A DNA stretch of 64,000 bases from Planctomycetota bacterium. GTDB taxonomy: Bacteria; Planctomycetota; UBA1135; UBA2386. Position 1 is the stretch's first letter. Each line of letters opens with the position of its first letter. The notes under the pieces are model-generated. The model ran no database searches. It was given only the letters and a program-made list of their open reading frames with translations, and was not told the origin of the DNA. Of the stretch, positions 18,259-28,758 are shown one piece after another. The stretch spans positions 22,673-86,672 of the forward strand of contig JBFXDD010000005.1 of NCBI GenBank assembly GCA_050181465.1. Direction: 5' to 3'. The position numbers and the translations under genes were made by a program.

Positions 18259-18972
18259 TCAGCCCTGAGCGTCGCTCGCTCGCCATGCGGCGATCGCATC
18301 GAGGATCAGCGAGAGCTTCCCCTCTTGATCCGCGCCGAGCAGTCGACGAATGGCGACGGGGGCCAGCACCGACTCGAGCTCGAAGCCCTCGCCATCCGGT
18401 ACGAGAATCGGCTCTTCCTTGGCGCCGAAGGGGAGCGCGATCAGCTCCTCGGGATCGGGCGCACGCGCAGATGCATCGAGGAGATTGGGAAGATCGACTC
18501 CGCGAAGCGTGAGCAACTCCCAGGGCCGGTCATCGAGCCGCCGGGCAAAGAGCTCCTGCATCGCCAGGATGTGACGACAAGGACGTTCCAGCTCGCGGCA
18601 CGTGCACGCCGAGGTGACTCGCCGAGGCTCAGGGAACACGGGCTCACCCGCGATGCGCGCGATCAGCCGGTCGAAGGCGCGCGGAACGTGACCTTGCTCG
18701 AGCTGCTCCCGCATCGACGCCGACCGCCGGAGAGTTCGAATCACCTGCGGCCAAATCCTGGAGGGCAGTAGCGGGACGTGCACGCTGACTTCGTGCAGTG
18801 CCCCCATCGCTCCTTCGAGTTCCGCCTGAATGGCGCCGGGCTGCACGCGGAGTCGAGGATTGCGCAACGACGGCAACGTCGCCAGCGCTCGCTCGAGCTC
18901 ACCGACGTCCTCGCTCGTCGAAGTGATGCGACGCCATCGCTCACCGACCGATACCTGTCTCGACTCTCTCAC
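18259..18972 (-). CDS. SWIM zinc-finger protein
   Basis: CTCRELERPCRH; LDDRPWELLTLRG; GTG start overlaps SNF2 stop (GTGA). Confidence 0.85.
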   Translation of the reverse strand: MRESRQVSVGERWRRITSTSEDVGELERALATLPSLRNPRLRVQPGAIQAELEGAMGALHEVSVHVPLLPSRIWPQVIRTLRRSASMREQLEQGHVPRAFDRLIARIAGEPVFPEPRRVTSACTCRELERPCRHILAMQELFARRLDDRPWELLTLRGVDLPNLLDASARAPDPEELIALPFGAKEEPILVPDGEGFELESVLAPVAIRRLLGADQEGKLSLILDAIAAWRASDAQG

Positions 18973-21830
18973 GTGAGTGCCTCCTTCCGGTCCAGCACGA
19001 TGAGCCGGCGGAGCTCCTCGTTCGAGAGTTCGGTCAGCCAGGACTCGCCGGCACCGAGCAGGGCGTTCGCCACTTCCCGCTTGCGCTCGAGCATGGTCTG
19101 GATGCGCTCTTCGAGAGTGCCCGTGCAGACGAACTTGTGCACGAAGACGTTGCGCATCTGACCGATTCGGAAGGCTCGATCCGTGGCCTGATCCTCGACC
19201 GCCGGATTCCACCAACGGTCGTAATGGAACACGCGGTTCGCAGCGGTCAAGTTGAGTCCGGTTCCGCCGGCCTTGAGCGACAGCACGAAGATCTTCGGGC
19301 CATCCGGTGCATCCGCTTGGAACCTCGCGACCATCTCCTCGCGATCCTTCTGGGGTACGCCGCCGTGAAGGAACAGAACGGTGCCGCCAAGGATCTCCTC
19401 GAGGTGCGTCTTGATGAGGGATCCCATCTCCTTGAACTGCGTGAAGATCAGGCAGCGATCGCCTTCCTCCAGCGCCTCCTCGAGCATTTCCGTCATCAGC
19501 TCGAGCTTGCCCGAGCGGGCGGGCAGAACCGATCCATCGGCAAGGTAGTGCGCCGGATGGTTGCAGACCTGCTTCAGACGGAGCAACGTCGTGAGAATGG
19601 CTCCTCGGCGCTGAATTCCCTCCTGCGCGTTCTCGACCTCCTTGAGGCCTTTCTTCACGACCGCCTCGTAGAGCACGGCCTGTTCGCGCGTGAGTCGCGC
19701 GGCCACGACCTGTTCGGTCTTCTCCGGCAGATCGGAAACGATCTCAGGATCGGTCTTGAGTCGCCGCAGAACGAAAGGGCGAACCAATCGACTCAGCGTC
19801 GACGCACTGGACTTGCTGCGCTGCTTGACGATCGGGTGTTCGAGCGTCTGCATGAAGTTGGATCGCGTCGACAGCAGGCCCTGATTGAGGAAGTCCATGA
19901 TCGACCAGAGGTCGAGCGGACGGTTCTCCAGCGGAGTGCCGGTGAGCGCGATTCGGAAGTTCCCGCGCAGGTTGCGCGCAGCCTGTGACTGTTGCGTCGT
20001 CGGGTTCTTGATGTTCTGCGCCTCATCGAGAATCACGCCCGACCACACGCGCGCATGAAAGAGCTCGGCGTCACGCTGCAGCAGGTTGTAGCTCGTCAGG
20101 ATGACGTGATGCTGCGCACAGCAGGCTTGAAACTCCTCGATGGTCTCGGGTCTGCCCTTGCCGTGATGCAGGATGGCTCGCAAGGTCGGTGAGAATCTCG
20201 CGATCTCACGCCGCCAGTTTCCGAGAACGCTGACCGGGCACACGATGAGGACCGGACCGTCGGAGACCTTTCGCTCCGTCCAGTCCAGGATCATCGCCAA
20301 CGCCTGAATCGTCTTGCCGAGACCCATGTCGTCGGCGAGACAGGCACCGAAGCCCTGATCGATCAGGAAGTGCAGCCACGCATGACCACGGCGCTGATAG
20401 GGCCGCAGGTCTCCGATGAAGGAATCGGGTGTTTGTCGCTCCTCGATCTTGCGCGCTTGCTCGAGGTTCTCGACCAACTTCTCGAGCCGCTCCCCCCCCA
20501 CCATGCGCTCGAGTGCGAGGCCGTGCAGGTGAGTCGCGCCGCCGAGCTTGAGTCGGATCGCCTCGAAGAAACTGATGCGATCACCCTCCTCCTTGCCGCG
20601 ACGACCGAACGCATTCAGCGCTTCACGATCGCTCTTGGTGAGAAGGACGGGGCCGCGTTCGAGGAAGACAACGGGTGCCTTGCTGTCGACCAGCTTGCGG
20701 AACTCGTCGTCGGAGAGCTCGCGTTCACCCAGCGCGAGCGACCACCGGAAGTCGAACCACGGCCTCAACTCGCCGGCACTGTCCGGCGCCTCACGCAACG
20801 TGACGATCGCGGACAGTCGCTGGATGCGCTCGACGCCGGGCAGTGTGACGGCACAACCCTCGGTCTCGAGCAGAGTCAGATGATCCAGTAGTTGATCGAG
20901 TTCGCTACGGTCGAGCGATGCCCGGCCTCCGGCGACATTCATCGCCCGATGGATGGGAGGCAGCCGATGTCCGATCTCTGCGAGCTGTTCTTCGACGGTG
21001 TTGAGGCTCTGCACCGCGAGTGGATCGGGTAGTGGGTCGCGCGTCAGACGCTGGCGAAAGTCGTCGAGCGGATAGCCGATGGGCAAGCCCGGGATGGGCC
21101 GAAGCGAGAGCTGGACGGCCCACGCAGAGCCATCCTCGAGATTCTTCTCCGGAACGATGACTTCGATCGCCGGCTGCGGTCGGCTCTCGTGGAACGCGGT
21201 CGGCACTCGTTCGGCAGCGGCGAGCCCGGCGTGGTAGTCACGCGCACGAGTGTGCACTGCAAAGTTGACGAAGCTGAGTGCCAGGTTCCGTGCCGTCACC
21301 GCGTAGACCGGCGCATCGTCGAGAGCCACCCGCGCCGTTCGGAGCATCCCCGGCGCAAGCTCCGCGACCGCAGCCAGAAGCGTGAGCAATCGAGGCGACC
21401 ACACGGGCGCGAAATCGAGGGCTCCGCCGGAGCCGAGCGGTGCGAAGGCGCCGCGTTCGAGAATCGCCGTGGCCAGGCGGGAGGCTGTCGTCAGAAAGAC
21501 GAGACCTGGCTGAGTCCTCGCCGGCTCGTGATCGATCAGGAACGGGATCGCCTGCTCCAGGGGGAGCCCCTTTGCTGGCAGTCGCCAGAGCCCGGGGGCA
21601 AGTCGAGCCTGCCCGTGCTTGCCGGCGAAGCCGGCGGGAGTCAGCGGGGCGAGTGTCTCCTCATCGGTCGGCAGGAGGACCTCGATCTCGAGGTCTCGCA
21701 GACTCTGTCGTAATTCCGCCGGCAGATGGTCCGCAGCAGACTCCGGACCATCGTGGCAGAAGAAGGCTACACACGCGTCAGCAGGACGTCGCGCGTGCAG
21801 GTAAGTGGCATCGAACCAGGCGGATCGCAT
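18969..21830 (-). CDS. SNF2-family (RapA/YwqA-like) helicase
   Basis: LRPYQ, LADDMGLGKT, DEAQ, LTGTP.EN, LRR.K, SGK, LSLKAGGTGLNL, DRWWNPAVEDQATDRAFRIGQ. Confidence 0.95.
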   Translation of the reverse strand: MRSAWFDATYLHARRPADACVAFFCHDGPESAADHLPAELRQSLRDLEIEVLLPTDEETLAPLTPAGFAGKHGQARLAPGLWRLPAKGLPLEQAIPFLIDHEPARTQPGLVFLTTASRLATAILERGAFAPLGSGGALDFAPVWSPRLLTLLAAVAELAPGMLRTARVALDDAPVYAVTARNLALSFVNFAVHTRARDYHAGLAAAERVPTAFHESRPQPAIEVIVPEKNLEDGSAWAVQLSLRPIPGLPIGYPLDDFRQRLTRDPLPDPLAVQSLNTVEEQLAEIGHRLPPIHRAMNVAGGRASLDRSELDQLLDHLTLLETEGCAVTLPGVERIQRLSAIVTLREAPDSAGELRPWFDFRWSLALGERELSDDEFRKLVDSKAPVVFLERGPVLLTKSDREALNAFGRRGKEEGDRISFFEAIRLKLGGATHLHGLALERMVGGERLEKLVENLEQARKIEERQTPDSFIGDLRPYQRRGHAWLHFLIDQGFGACLADDMGLGKTIQALAMILDWTERKVSDGPVLIVCPVSVLGNWRREIARFSPTLRAILHHGKGRPETIEEFQACCAQHHVILTSYNLLQRDAELFHARVWSGVILDEAQNIKNPTTQQSQAARNLRGNFRIALTGTPLENRPLDLWSIMDFLNQGLLSTRSNFMQTLEHPIVKQRSKSSASTLSRLVRPFVLRRLKTDPEIVSDLPEKTEQVVAARLTREQAVLYEAVVKKGLKEVENAQEGIQRRGAILTTLLRLKQVCNHPAHYLADGSVLPARSGKLELMTEMLEEALEEGDRCLIFTQFKEMGSLIKTHLEEILGGTVLFLHGGVPQKDREEMVARFQADAPDGPKIFVLSLKAGGTGLNLTAANRVFHYDRWWNPAVEDQATDRAFRIGQMRNVFVHKFVCTGTLEERIQTMLERKREVANALLGAGESWLTELSNEELRRLIVLDRKEALT

Positions 21831-21859
21831 CCGTTGTCGGTGACGCTCTACGAAGAACG

Positions 21860-21888
21860 ACGGCCCGCCGGGTCACTCGGCGAGCCGT
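21860..21888 (-). terminator. Probable terminator hairpin downstream of the act-cox operon
   Basis: ACGGCCCGCCGGGT-C-ACTCGGCGAGCCGT stem; followed on the minus strand by CGTTCTT (weak U tract). Confidence 0.4.
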
Positions 21889-21934
21889 GAAAGGCACGGA
21901 ATCTTCGGATCGGCGGGAATCCTCGCCGGAAGTC

Positions 21935-22330
21935 TCAGTGCTTCGGGCCGTTGATGAGCGACATCTGTCCCGGCTCAGCCATGCCGCGCGTCGATACGTC
22001 GGCCAAGGTGAAGAGGAACAGAAGCGACAGAAAGATGAAGGACCCGATGAACGCGATGTTGTTCATGGCCGTGTCCCACTTCAAGTGCATGAAGATGGTC
22101 ATGACCAAGCCTGCCTTGACGGAGGCGATGAGCACGGCGATCAGCATGTTGGCCGAGCCGAAGTCGACTCGCGACACCGCCACCGTGACCACCGTCAGGA
22201 AGCACAGCGCAGCATACGTCTTGAAGAACAGGGCGAACGAGGAAACGTGGGCGTGATGCGAGTGGTCGACGACCGGGTTCGCATGATGCGTGTCGTGTCC
22301 TGCGTGGGAAGCTTGTCCGGAGTCGGCCAT
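21935..22330 (-). CDS. Cytochrome c oxidase subunit IV family
   Basis: IASVKAGLVMTIFMHLKW; 3 TM helices; His-rich N-terminus; ATG at 22330. Confidence 0.9.
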   Translation of the reverse strand: MADSGQASHAGHDTHHANPVVDHSHHAHVSSFALFFKTYAALCFLTVVTVAVSRVDFGSANMLIAVLIASVKAGLVMTIFMHLKWDTAMNNIAFIGSFIFLSLLFLFTLADVSTRGMAEPGQMSLINGPKH

Positions 22331-23025
22331 CAGGGCACCAGGTAGAGCAGCGGGAACAGGAAGATCCAGATGAGGTCGACCACGTGCCAGTAGAGGCCGA
22401 TCAGATCGACGGGGATGTACCAGCCCGAGTGGAAGCGGCCCTGGCCACCGCGCCAGATGAGCCAGCCGATGGCGATCATGCCGATCAACACGTGAAGACC
22501 GTGGATACCGGTCATCGTGAAGTAGATCGAGAAGAACAGGCGAGGGTGTGCGTGGCCGGCGAGGACTTCGGCGTAGTGACCGTCGGGCTGCCAGAGCTGG
22601 GTGAAGGGGAAGATGCCGTGCGAGAACTTTCCGGTGTACTCGATGTACTTCACCACCATGAAGCCGCCCGCGAGGATCACGGTCAGCCACAGCCAGCGGA
22701 TCATCTCCTTCTTGGAGCTGAGCTGCGAGGCGCGCACGCCGTTCGCCATGGTCCAAGAACTCGTGAGCAGGAAGACGGTGTTCAGCGCACCGAGCTTCCA
22801 GTCCAGCAGCGAACCGCCAGCGCGGAACGAGTCTTCGTAGATGTGGTGGTAGTAGATGTAGGCGGCAAACAAGCCACCGAACAGCATGATTTCCGTGACG
22901 AGGAACAGCCAGAAGCCGAACTTTGCCGACTGGTATTCATGGTCGGCCGTCTTGAAGTGATGCGGGACTACGTGCGGCTGAAAGCCGCCGTCCGGGGTCG
23001 GTGTGACGATGGTTGCGTGACTCAT
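22330..23025 (-). CDS. coxC: Cytochrome c oxidase subunit III
   Basis: WLFLVTEIMLFGGLF, NTVFLLTSS, TGIHGLHV, GLYWHVVD.IW. Confidence 0.95.
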   Translation of the reverse strand: MSHATIVTPTPDGGFQPHVVPHHFKTADHEYQSAKFGFWLFLVTEIMLFGGLFAAYIYYHHIYEDSFRAGGSLLDWKLGALNTVFLLTSSWTMANGVRASQLSSKKEMIRWLWLTVILAGGFMVVKYIEYTGKFSHGIFPFTQLWQPDGHYAEVLAGHAHPRLFFSIYFTMTGIHGLHVLIGMIAIGWLIWRGGQGRFHSGWYIPVDLIGLYWHVVDLIWIFLFPLLYLVP

Positions 23026-23026
23026 C

Positions 23027-24667
23027 TCAGCCCTTCAGGGTGGGACCGTAGTCGTAGAGCTTGCCGGGGCTCGGCTCTTCGTCGAAGTTGTAGAGGTTCG
23101 GCGGCGTAGGGCACTTCCAGTCCAGGGTCACGCCACCCCAGTGGTTGCTCCTCGCCTTCTTGCCGGCGATCAGAGAATGCAGCAGGTAGCCGACCATGAG
23201 CGCGAATCCTGCGCCGAGGATGAGCGCACCCACCGTGGACGCACGGTGGTAGCCGACGAACTCGGGGTCGTAGGTGGCATAGCGTCGCGGCATGCCCTGG
23301 CTGCCCATCACGAACTGGGGCAAGAAGGTCACGTTGAAGCCGATCAGGATGGTGATCGCCGCGAGACTCGCGAGCTTCTCGTTGTACATCCGACCGAACA
23401 TCTTCGGCCACCAGTGGTGCACGCCGGCGAAGAAGGCCAGCGCGGTCGAACCCATCATCACCGCGTGGAAGTGCGCAACCACGAAGTAGGTGTCGTGGAG
23501 ATGGATGTCGATGTTGATCGCCGCGAGGTAGACGCCGGTCAACCCACCGATCGTGAAGATGATCAGGAAGGAGATCGCGTAGAGCATCGGCGCGGTCATC
23601 GCGACCGAGCCCCCCCAAATGGTCCCAACCCAGGAGAAGACCTTGATCGCGGTTGGAATCGCAACGAGCACGGTGAGGAACGAGAACGCCATCATGGCGA
23701 ACTCGGACTGACCGCTCGTGTACATGTGGTGTCCCCACACGAGGAAGCTGATGACCGCGATCGCAATGGAGCTGAACGCGAGCAGCTTGTAGCCGAACAG
23801 CGGACGCCGTGAGTGAACCGACACCACCTCGCTGATCACTCCCATGCCCGGCAGGATCATGATGTAGACCGCCGGGTGGGAGTAGAACCAGAACATGTGC
23901 TGAAAGAAGACCGGATCACCGCCCTCGGTCGGGTCGAAGATGCCGATGTGGTAGATGTGCTCGAAGGCGAGCAGCAACACCGTCACGCCCAGCACCGGAG
24001 TCGCGAGGACCTGCAGCACGGACGCCGCGTAGATCGCCCAGCAGAACAGCGGCATGTCGAACCACCCCATCCCCTTGGCGCGCATCTTGTGCATCGTCAC
24101 GAGGAAGTTGAGGCCGGTGAAGATCGAGCTGAAGCCCAGGATGAAGACGCCCACACCGGCGGTCAGCACCGAAGTCTGCGTCTTCAGACTCCACGGCGTG
24201 TAGAAGGTCCAGCCGGTGTCGAGTCCGCCGACGACCGTTCCGATCACCAGCAGCACCGTGCCGGTGAGCCACAGGTAGAAGCTCGCGAGATTCAGCCTGG
24301 GAAGCGCCACATCCGGCGCGCCGATCAGCAAGGGGAGCGCGAAGTTCGCCAGCGACCCCGGGATCGCCGGGATGATGAACGCGAACACCATGAACGCACC
24401 GTGCTGCGTGAACAGCTTGTTGTAGGTGTCGTTGCTGAACATCCCCTCGCCGGTCTCACCTGGATTCCACAGGTGGACGCGAAGCAGGAGGGCGAACACT
24501 CCGCCGATCACGAAGGCAAGGGTGACGCCGAACAAGTACATCAGGCCGATGCGCTTGTGGTCGAGGGTGGTGACCCACGACATCACGCCCTTGGTGACGC
24601 GGAGGTAGTCCGGTTCGCGGCGCGGCGTGTCGACCGCGAGTTCGCGAGGTGGTGCGTAAGTAGTCAT
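23027..24667 (-). CDS. coxA: Cytochrome c oxidase subunit I (heme-copper, type A2)
   Basis: DHKRIG, GWTFY, WFYSHPAVY (A2 YS motif), VWGHH, PTAIK, VAHFH, GMPRRY. Confidence 0.97.
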   Translation of the reverse strand: MTTYAPPRELAVDTPRREPDYLRVTKGVMSWVTTLDHKRIGLMYLFGVTLAFVIGGVFALLLRVHLWNPGETGEGMFSNDTYNKLFTQHGAFMVFAFIIPAIPGSLANFALPLLIGAPDVALPRLNLASFYLWLTGTVLLVIGTVVGGLDTGWTFYTPWSLKTQTSVLTAGVGVFILGFSSIFTGLNFLVTMHKMRAKGMGWFDMPLFCWAIYAASVLQVLATPVLGVTVLLLAFEHIYHIGIFDPTEGGDPVFFQHMFWFYSHPAVYIMILPGMGVISEVVSVHSRRPLFGYKLLAFSSIAIAVISFLVWGHHMYTSGQSEFAMMAFSFLTVLVAIPTAIKVFSWVGTIWGGSVAMTAPMLYAISFLIIFTIGGLTGVYLAAINIDIHLHDTYFVVAHFHAVMMGSTALAFFAGVHHWWPKMFGRMYNEKLASLAAITILIGFNVTFLPQFVMGSQGMPRRYATYDPEFVGYHRASTVGALILGAGFALMVGYLLHSLIAGKKARSNHWGGVTLDWKCPTPPNLYNFDEEPSPGKLYDYGPTLKG

Positions 24668-24686
24668 CGCGTGCGTTCCTCCAGCT

Positions 24687-25634
24687 TCACTTCAGGGTCT
24701 TGATCCAGGTGATGAGATCCGCGAGCTGTTCCGCGTTGATCTGTGCTTCCGTAAACACGGGCATCAAGCCCTTCGTGTAGCTCTCGACGACCTGCGAGTG
24801 CGGATCGCGGATCGACTGGGTGATGTAGGCTTCATCGGCGGTGTAACTCGAGCCGTCGTCGAACCGACCTTGACGACCGAACAGGCCGTGGAAGGACGGG
24901 CCGACGAGGCGGACGTCCTTCATCGTCGAGTGGCAAGCGGCGCAGCCGTTGAGCTTGTAGTAGTACTCTCCGCGACCTTCGGCCGTCTCCGGCAACACAT
25001 TCCAGGGCTTCTTCGCGTAGTCCTCGGCGGACACCACGTGGATGGTCTTGCGCATCAAGGAGTGGCCGGTGCCGCAGTACTCGGCGCAGTAGAGCGTGTA
25101 TTCGCCGATGCGGTTGGGCTGGAACCAGATCTGGTTGCGGAATCCGGGAACGATGTCGCGCTTGGCGCGGAAGGCCGGAATGTAGAACGCGTGGAGCACG
25201 TCCTGACTGGTGAGCGACACCAAGGCCGGCTTGTCGACCTCGAAGTACAAGGTCTCGCTCTTCGTCGTCTCGCCGGGGTGATACAGGTTCCAACCGTAGG
25301 TGAACGCTTCGGCTCGGTACTTCCTTGCGTCGGCCGGAGCGACCTGTTGCGGCAGCACTCCCTTGAATCCCCAGGCGAAGACCACGATCACGACCACCGT
25401 CGGAACCAGGGTCCAGATCACCTCGAGCTTCGTGTTGTGGGTCACATCGGAAGCTGCGAGCTGGTCTTCCGAACGCCGACGCCAGCGAATCGAAGAGTAG
25501 ACCAAGAGGCCGAGAATGAGCGCGAAGGAGCCGAGGCTCACCCACGTCAGGAAGTAGAACAACGCGTCGTGATCCGCCGCGAACGTCGATGCGGGCGGCG
25601 GGAGCTGGCCCAGTGGATCTTGGAAGGCAATCAC
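24687..25634 (-). CDS. coxB: Cytochrome c oxidase subunit II with fused cytochrome c (caa3 type)
   Basis: LEVIWT, DVLH, CAEYCGTGHSLM (CuA), C-terminal CAACH...MP. Confidence 0.96.
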   Translation of the reverse strand: MIAFQDPLGQLPPPASTFAADHDALFYFLTWVSLGSFALILGLLVYSSIRWRRRSEDQLAASDVTHNTKLEVIWTLVPTVVVIVVFAWGFKGVLPQQVAPADARKYRAEAFTYGWNLYHPGETTKSETLYFEVDKPALVSLTSQDVLHAFYIPAFRAKRDIVPGFRNQIWFQPNRIGEYTLYCAEYCGTGHSLMRKTIHVVSAEDYAKKPWNVLPETAEGRGEYYYKLNGCAACHSTMKDVRLVGPSFHGLFGRQGRFDDGSSYTADEAYITQSIRDPHSQVVESYTKGLMPVFTEAQINAEQLADLITWIKTLK

Positions 25635-25649
25635 GGGTCTATCTGCCGA

Positions 25650-26510
25650 TCAGACGGGAGACGGGGTCGCCGCAGCCTGCGCGCGCTCACGCAGTTCACG
25701 ACGACGGAGGAGGATGATCATCGCAGCGAGTGCGAAGACGGTTACGACGCCGCCGATGCGGACCACGGTCATCGCAGTCACCTCATAGCGGCCGGACTCA
25801 GGATTGAAGGTCATGCAAGTGACGACCAGGCGCTCGAGGAAGCTACCGACCTTGCCGTTGCCGGCCTCGATCACCGCACGCCGCAGCGTGGTTGCGGTGT
25901 AGTCGCCGTCGTCGAGGTAGCGGGTGATCGTGCCGTCGGCTGCGAGGATGACGATCACCGGCGGGTGATCGATCTCGCTCGAAACCGGATCGCGCCGGAA
26001 GCCCCAGCCGACGCTGTCGGCAAGCTTGCGGGTCTGTTCGCTCGAGCCCACGGTCAACCGCCAGTGCTCGGCCCAGTCACCGAGCGACTTGGCGGCGACG
26101 TACGAGCTCTTCTTCTCGACGGCGAGTTCGACCGTCTCGGACTCGGCGACGCTCACGGTCAACAGGTTCAGGTCCCGGCCCGGCAGCAGCCCGCTGTCAG
26201 CCATGCGCTCGAGCAGATGGTTCAGGACCAGCCCGCACATCCCCGGACATCCGTAGTAGCCGAGGTTGAGGATCGTGGGGCGCCCTCCACCCAACTCGCG
26301 CTCGGGAACGAATGCCTGACCGCGGTCATCGATCAAGGTGACGTCGAGCGCAGCCTTGGCGCCGAGCTTGTTGGTCACGATGGCCGAACCATCGAGAACC
26401 GGCGGAACATGCATTCCTTGGCTCCACGCGGGGTTCGCGAGAAGCACGAGCGTCACGAGCCGGAGCGTCGCTCTGGCCAAACGTCGAACGGATTGCACGG
26501 AAGGGAACAT
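25650..26510 (-). CDS. SCO/SenC copper chaperone
   Basis: YYGCPGMC, IDHP, C-terminal TM anchor; ATG at 26510. Confidence 0.9.
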   Translation of the reverse strand: MFPSVQSVRRLARATLRLVTLVLLANPAWSQGMHVPPVLDGSAIVTNKLGAKAALDVTLIDDRGQAFVPERELGGGRPTILNLGYYGCPGMCGLVLNHLLERMADSGLLPGRDLNLLTVSVAESETVELAVEKKSSYVAAKSLGDWAEHWRLTVGSSEQTRKLADSVGWGFRRDPVSSEIDHPPVIVILAADGTITRYLDDGDYTATTLRRAVIEAGNGKVGSFLERLVVTCMTFNPESGRYEVTAMTVVRIGGVVTVFALAAMIILLRRRELRERAQAAATPSPV

Positions 26511-26533
26511 CGCTCGCTCTCGAGGGTCGTCTC

Positions 26534-26845
26534 TCAGCGCTTCTCGTTGGTCTGGACGTAGTTGCGGATGGCGTCGTCGACGCTCTTGCCGCCGGCCGCA
26601 CCGGACAGCTCTCGCTCTTCCTTCGCCTCGAGCACCGCCCGCTGTTCGGGAGTTGCGAGTTCGACGGCCAGATGCTTTTGGTGCTGGATGATCTGCTCGT
26701 AGAGGGCGAACAGCACCCACATGATGCCGAAGACGCCAACCGTGCTGCCGACAAGCCACAGAGTCAACTTCTTGGCGTCGACATCGTGAGTGAAGTCGAG
26801 GTCTTCGTGACCGTGAGCAGCGTGAGAATCGTGTGCGTGACCCAT
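26534..26845 (-). CDS. Small single-TM protein, ActG-like by position
   Basis: His-rich N-terminus, one TM helix, C-terminal SVDDAI; between actF and sco. Confidence 0.65.
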   Translation of the reverse strand: MGHAHDSHAAHGHEDLDFTHDVDAKKLTLWLVGSTVGVFGIMWVLFALYEQIIQHQKHLAVELATPEQRAVLEAKEERELSGAAGGKSVDDAIRNYVQTNEKR

Positions 26846-26864
26846 ATCGCGGACCTGGCTCGAG

Positions 26865-28106
26865 TCAGATGTTGTGGAAGTGCAGCGACTCCGCGAGGCG
26901 CGGATCACGCTCCGGAATGAGGGGCGACGAGGCCAGGTTCCGAAGCACCAGACCAGCGAACACTCCGATCATCCCGATCATGCTGGTGAAGTCGGTCCAT
27001 TCGAAGTGCGGTCCGTGCTGGTGATGGCTCGGCATGATCTGGAACTGCATGTCGAACCAGTGCATGACCAGAAGGAAGATCGCACCGATCGCGAGCGTGC
27101 CCAAGCGTCGCTTGATGTGCCGGGACATCAGGAAGACGAAGGGCACCAGGAAGTGGCCGATCACGAGGGTGAGGAACACGGCCTTCCACCCGTCATGCGT
27201 TCGGTGCTGGTACCACTCGGTCTCCTCCGGCAGGTTGGCGTACCAGATCAGCATGTACTGCGAGAAGCTCGTGTAGGCCCAGAACACCATGAAGGCGAAC
27301 ATGAGCTTGCCGATGTCGTGGTAGTGCTCGGTGGTGACCACCGACTGCAAGTAACCCTTGCCGCGCAGCCACACGCAGACGAGCCCGAGGAAGGCCAGGG
27401 TCACCATCGCCGAGCCCGCGAAGTAGATCACCCCGAACATGGTCGAGAACCAGTGGGGCGTCAGCGACATCATCCAGTCGATGGCAGCCAGGGTGATGGT
27501 GATGGCGAACACCAGCAGGCCCGGAGCGGCGACGCGGGCCATCTTCAACGTCACTGCCGGGTCACCGCTCTGATCCTGTCCGAGACTCTTCGTTCGGAAG
27601 AACCGAGCCAGCAAGCCCCAGATCGCGAAGAATGCGACTGCGCGGATGTAGAAGAAGGTCGAGTTCAGGTAGCCCGACTTCCCTTGCAAGATGTGGTCGT
27701 GATCGACCGCATCGTGGTGCATCCAGTGGAAGATGTGCGGAGCCCCGATGGCGATCGGCACGAACAGGAGCGCCATCCATGGGAAGAGCAATCCCATGGT
27801 GTTCTCCGCGATGCGGCGCACGACCACGCTCCAGCCGGCGCGGGTGATGTGCTGGACCATCACGAAGAACAGCGAGCCCAGCGCGAGGCTGAGCACGAAC
27901 ATGTAGGCGACCAGGTAAGCCAGGAGCGCGTGGATCTTGTTTTCCTCGGTGCCGAAGAAGAACGCGCCAGCAATGCTGGCGACGAGCGCGAGTACCCCGA
28001 CTCCGAGGAGTCCTTTCTGCGCCGCTTCGAGATCCCCGGTCTTCACTCGGGTCACGAGACCCGGAGCGAGCTGTTCGATCGTCGGTGCAATCGTGTTGGC
28101 AGTCAT
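26865..28106 (-). CDS. actF: Alternative complex III subunit F
   Basis: About 10 TM; AGWSVVVRRIAE, K.GYLN..FF..R, DWMMSL.PHWFST.FG, HDIGK..FAF..FWAY..FSQY.LIWYAN.PEE. Confidence 0.92.
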   Translation of the reverse strand: MTANTIAPTIEQLAPGLVTRVKTGDLEAAQKGLLGVGVLALVASIAGAFFFGTEENKIHALLAYLVAYMFVLSLALGSLFFVMVQHITRAGWSVVVRRIAENTMGLLFPWMALLFVPIAIGAPHIFHWMHHDAVDHDHILQGKSGYLNSTFFYIRAVAFFAIWGLLARFFRTKSLGQDQSGDPAVTLKMARVAAPGLLVFAITITLAAIDWMMSLTPHWFSTMFGVIYFAGSAMVTLAFLGLVCVWLRGKGYLQSVVTTEHYHDIGKLMFAFMVFWAYTSFSQYMLIWYANLPEETEWYQHRTHDGWKAVFLTLVIGHFLVPFVFLMSRHIKRRLGTLAIGAIFLLVMHWFDMQFQIMPSHHQHGPHFEWTDFTSMIGMIGVFAGLVLRNLASSPLIPERDPRLAESLHFHNI

Positions 28107-28145
28107 TCGATCCGCTAGATGGTCGATGTCAGAGGACGGGAGAAC

Positions 28146-28742
28146 TCACTGCTGCCGGTTCTGCAGCACGCGAAGGTAGTGGACGATCGCCCAGCGATCC
28201 TTTGCCGGGATCTGGTGACCGTATGCCGGCATCGTTCCCTGCCCTTGCGTGATGACCTGGAACAGGTAGCCGTCGCGCGATGTCACCAGGCGCTGTTCGG
28301 TCGCAAGGTGCGGGACCTTGTAGTTGAACGCAACTGGGCTGGAGATCTGGGCTCGCTGGAGAACGAGTCCCTGGCCGGAACCCGAACGGTCGTGGCAGAC
28401 CGAGCAGTAGATGTTGAACCGCTCCCGGCCGCGGCGGACGAGCGCCTCGGTGACCGGCACCGGATTGGCGAGGTACTCGCCGTTCGCATCCTTGAAGGCA
28501 TCGAGTTGCGCTCGATCCAGATCGCCGACCGCCACCGTATTCGAAGGCGGAGTGCGCATGCCCCGGCCATCCTTGAATCCGGGGAAGTCGGAAGCCATCT
28601 GAGCCTTCACCTTGTCCTGGAAGTCCATGTCCAGGACTGGGTGGATGGGCGGCTCTTTCTTGATCGCTCCACGACAGCCGCAGAGCGCGAGTCCGCCGAG
28701 CAGCGTCGCCAGGAGGATGGAGAGTTGGTTGTGGCCGAACAT
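28146..28742 (-). CDS. actE: Alternative complex III monoheme cytochrome c lipoprotein
   Basis: Lipobox-like LCGC, DM..Q, RGRERFNIYCSVCH, MPAY...DRWAIV.Y.R.LQ. Confidence 0.92.
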   Translation of the reverse strand: MFGHNQLSILLATLLGGLALCGCRGAIKKEPPIHPVLDMDFQDKVKAQMASDFPGFKDGRGMRTPPSNTVAVGDLDRAQLDAFKDANGEYLANPVPVTEALVRRGRERFNIYCSVCHDRSGSGQGLVLQRAQISSPVAFNYKVPHLATEQRLVTSRDGYLFQVITQGQGTMPAYGHQIPAKDRWAIVHYLRVLQNRQQ

Positions 28743-28758
28743 CGGATGGAGGTCCTGC

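Noticed and set aside
18259-21830. SNF2/SWIM pair as a novel anti-phage system
   Set aside because: Matches the widespread YwqA/YwqB-type pair; no nuclease, methylase or defence-island context.
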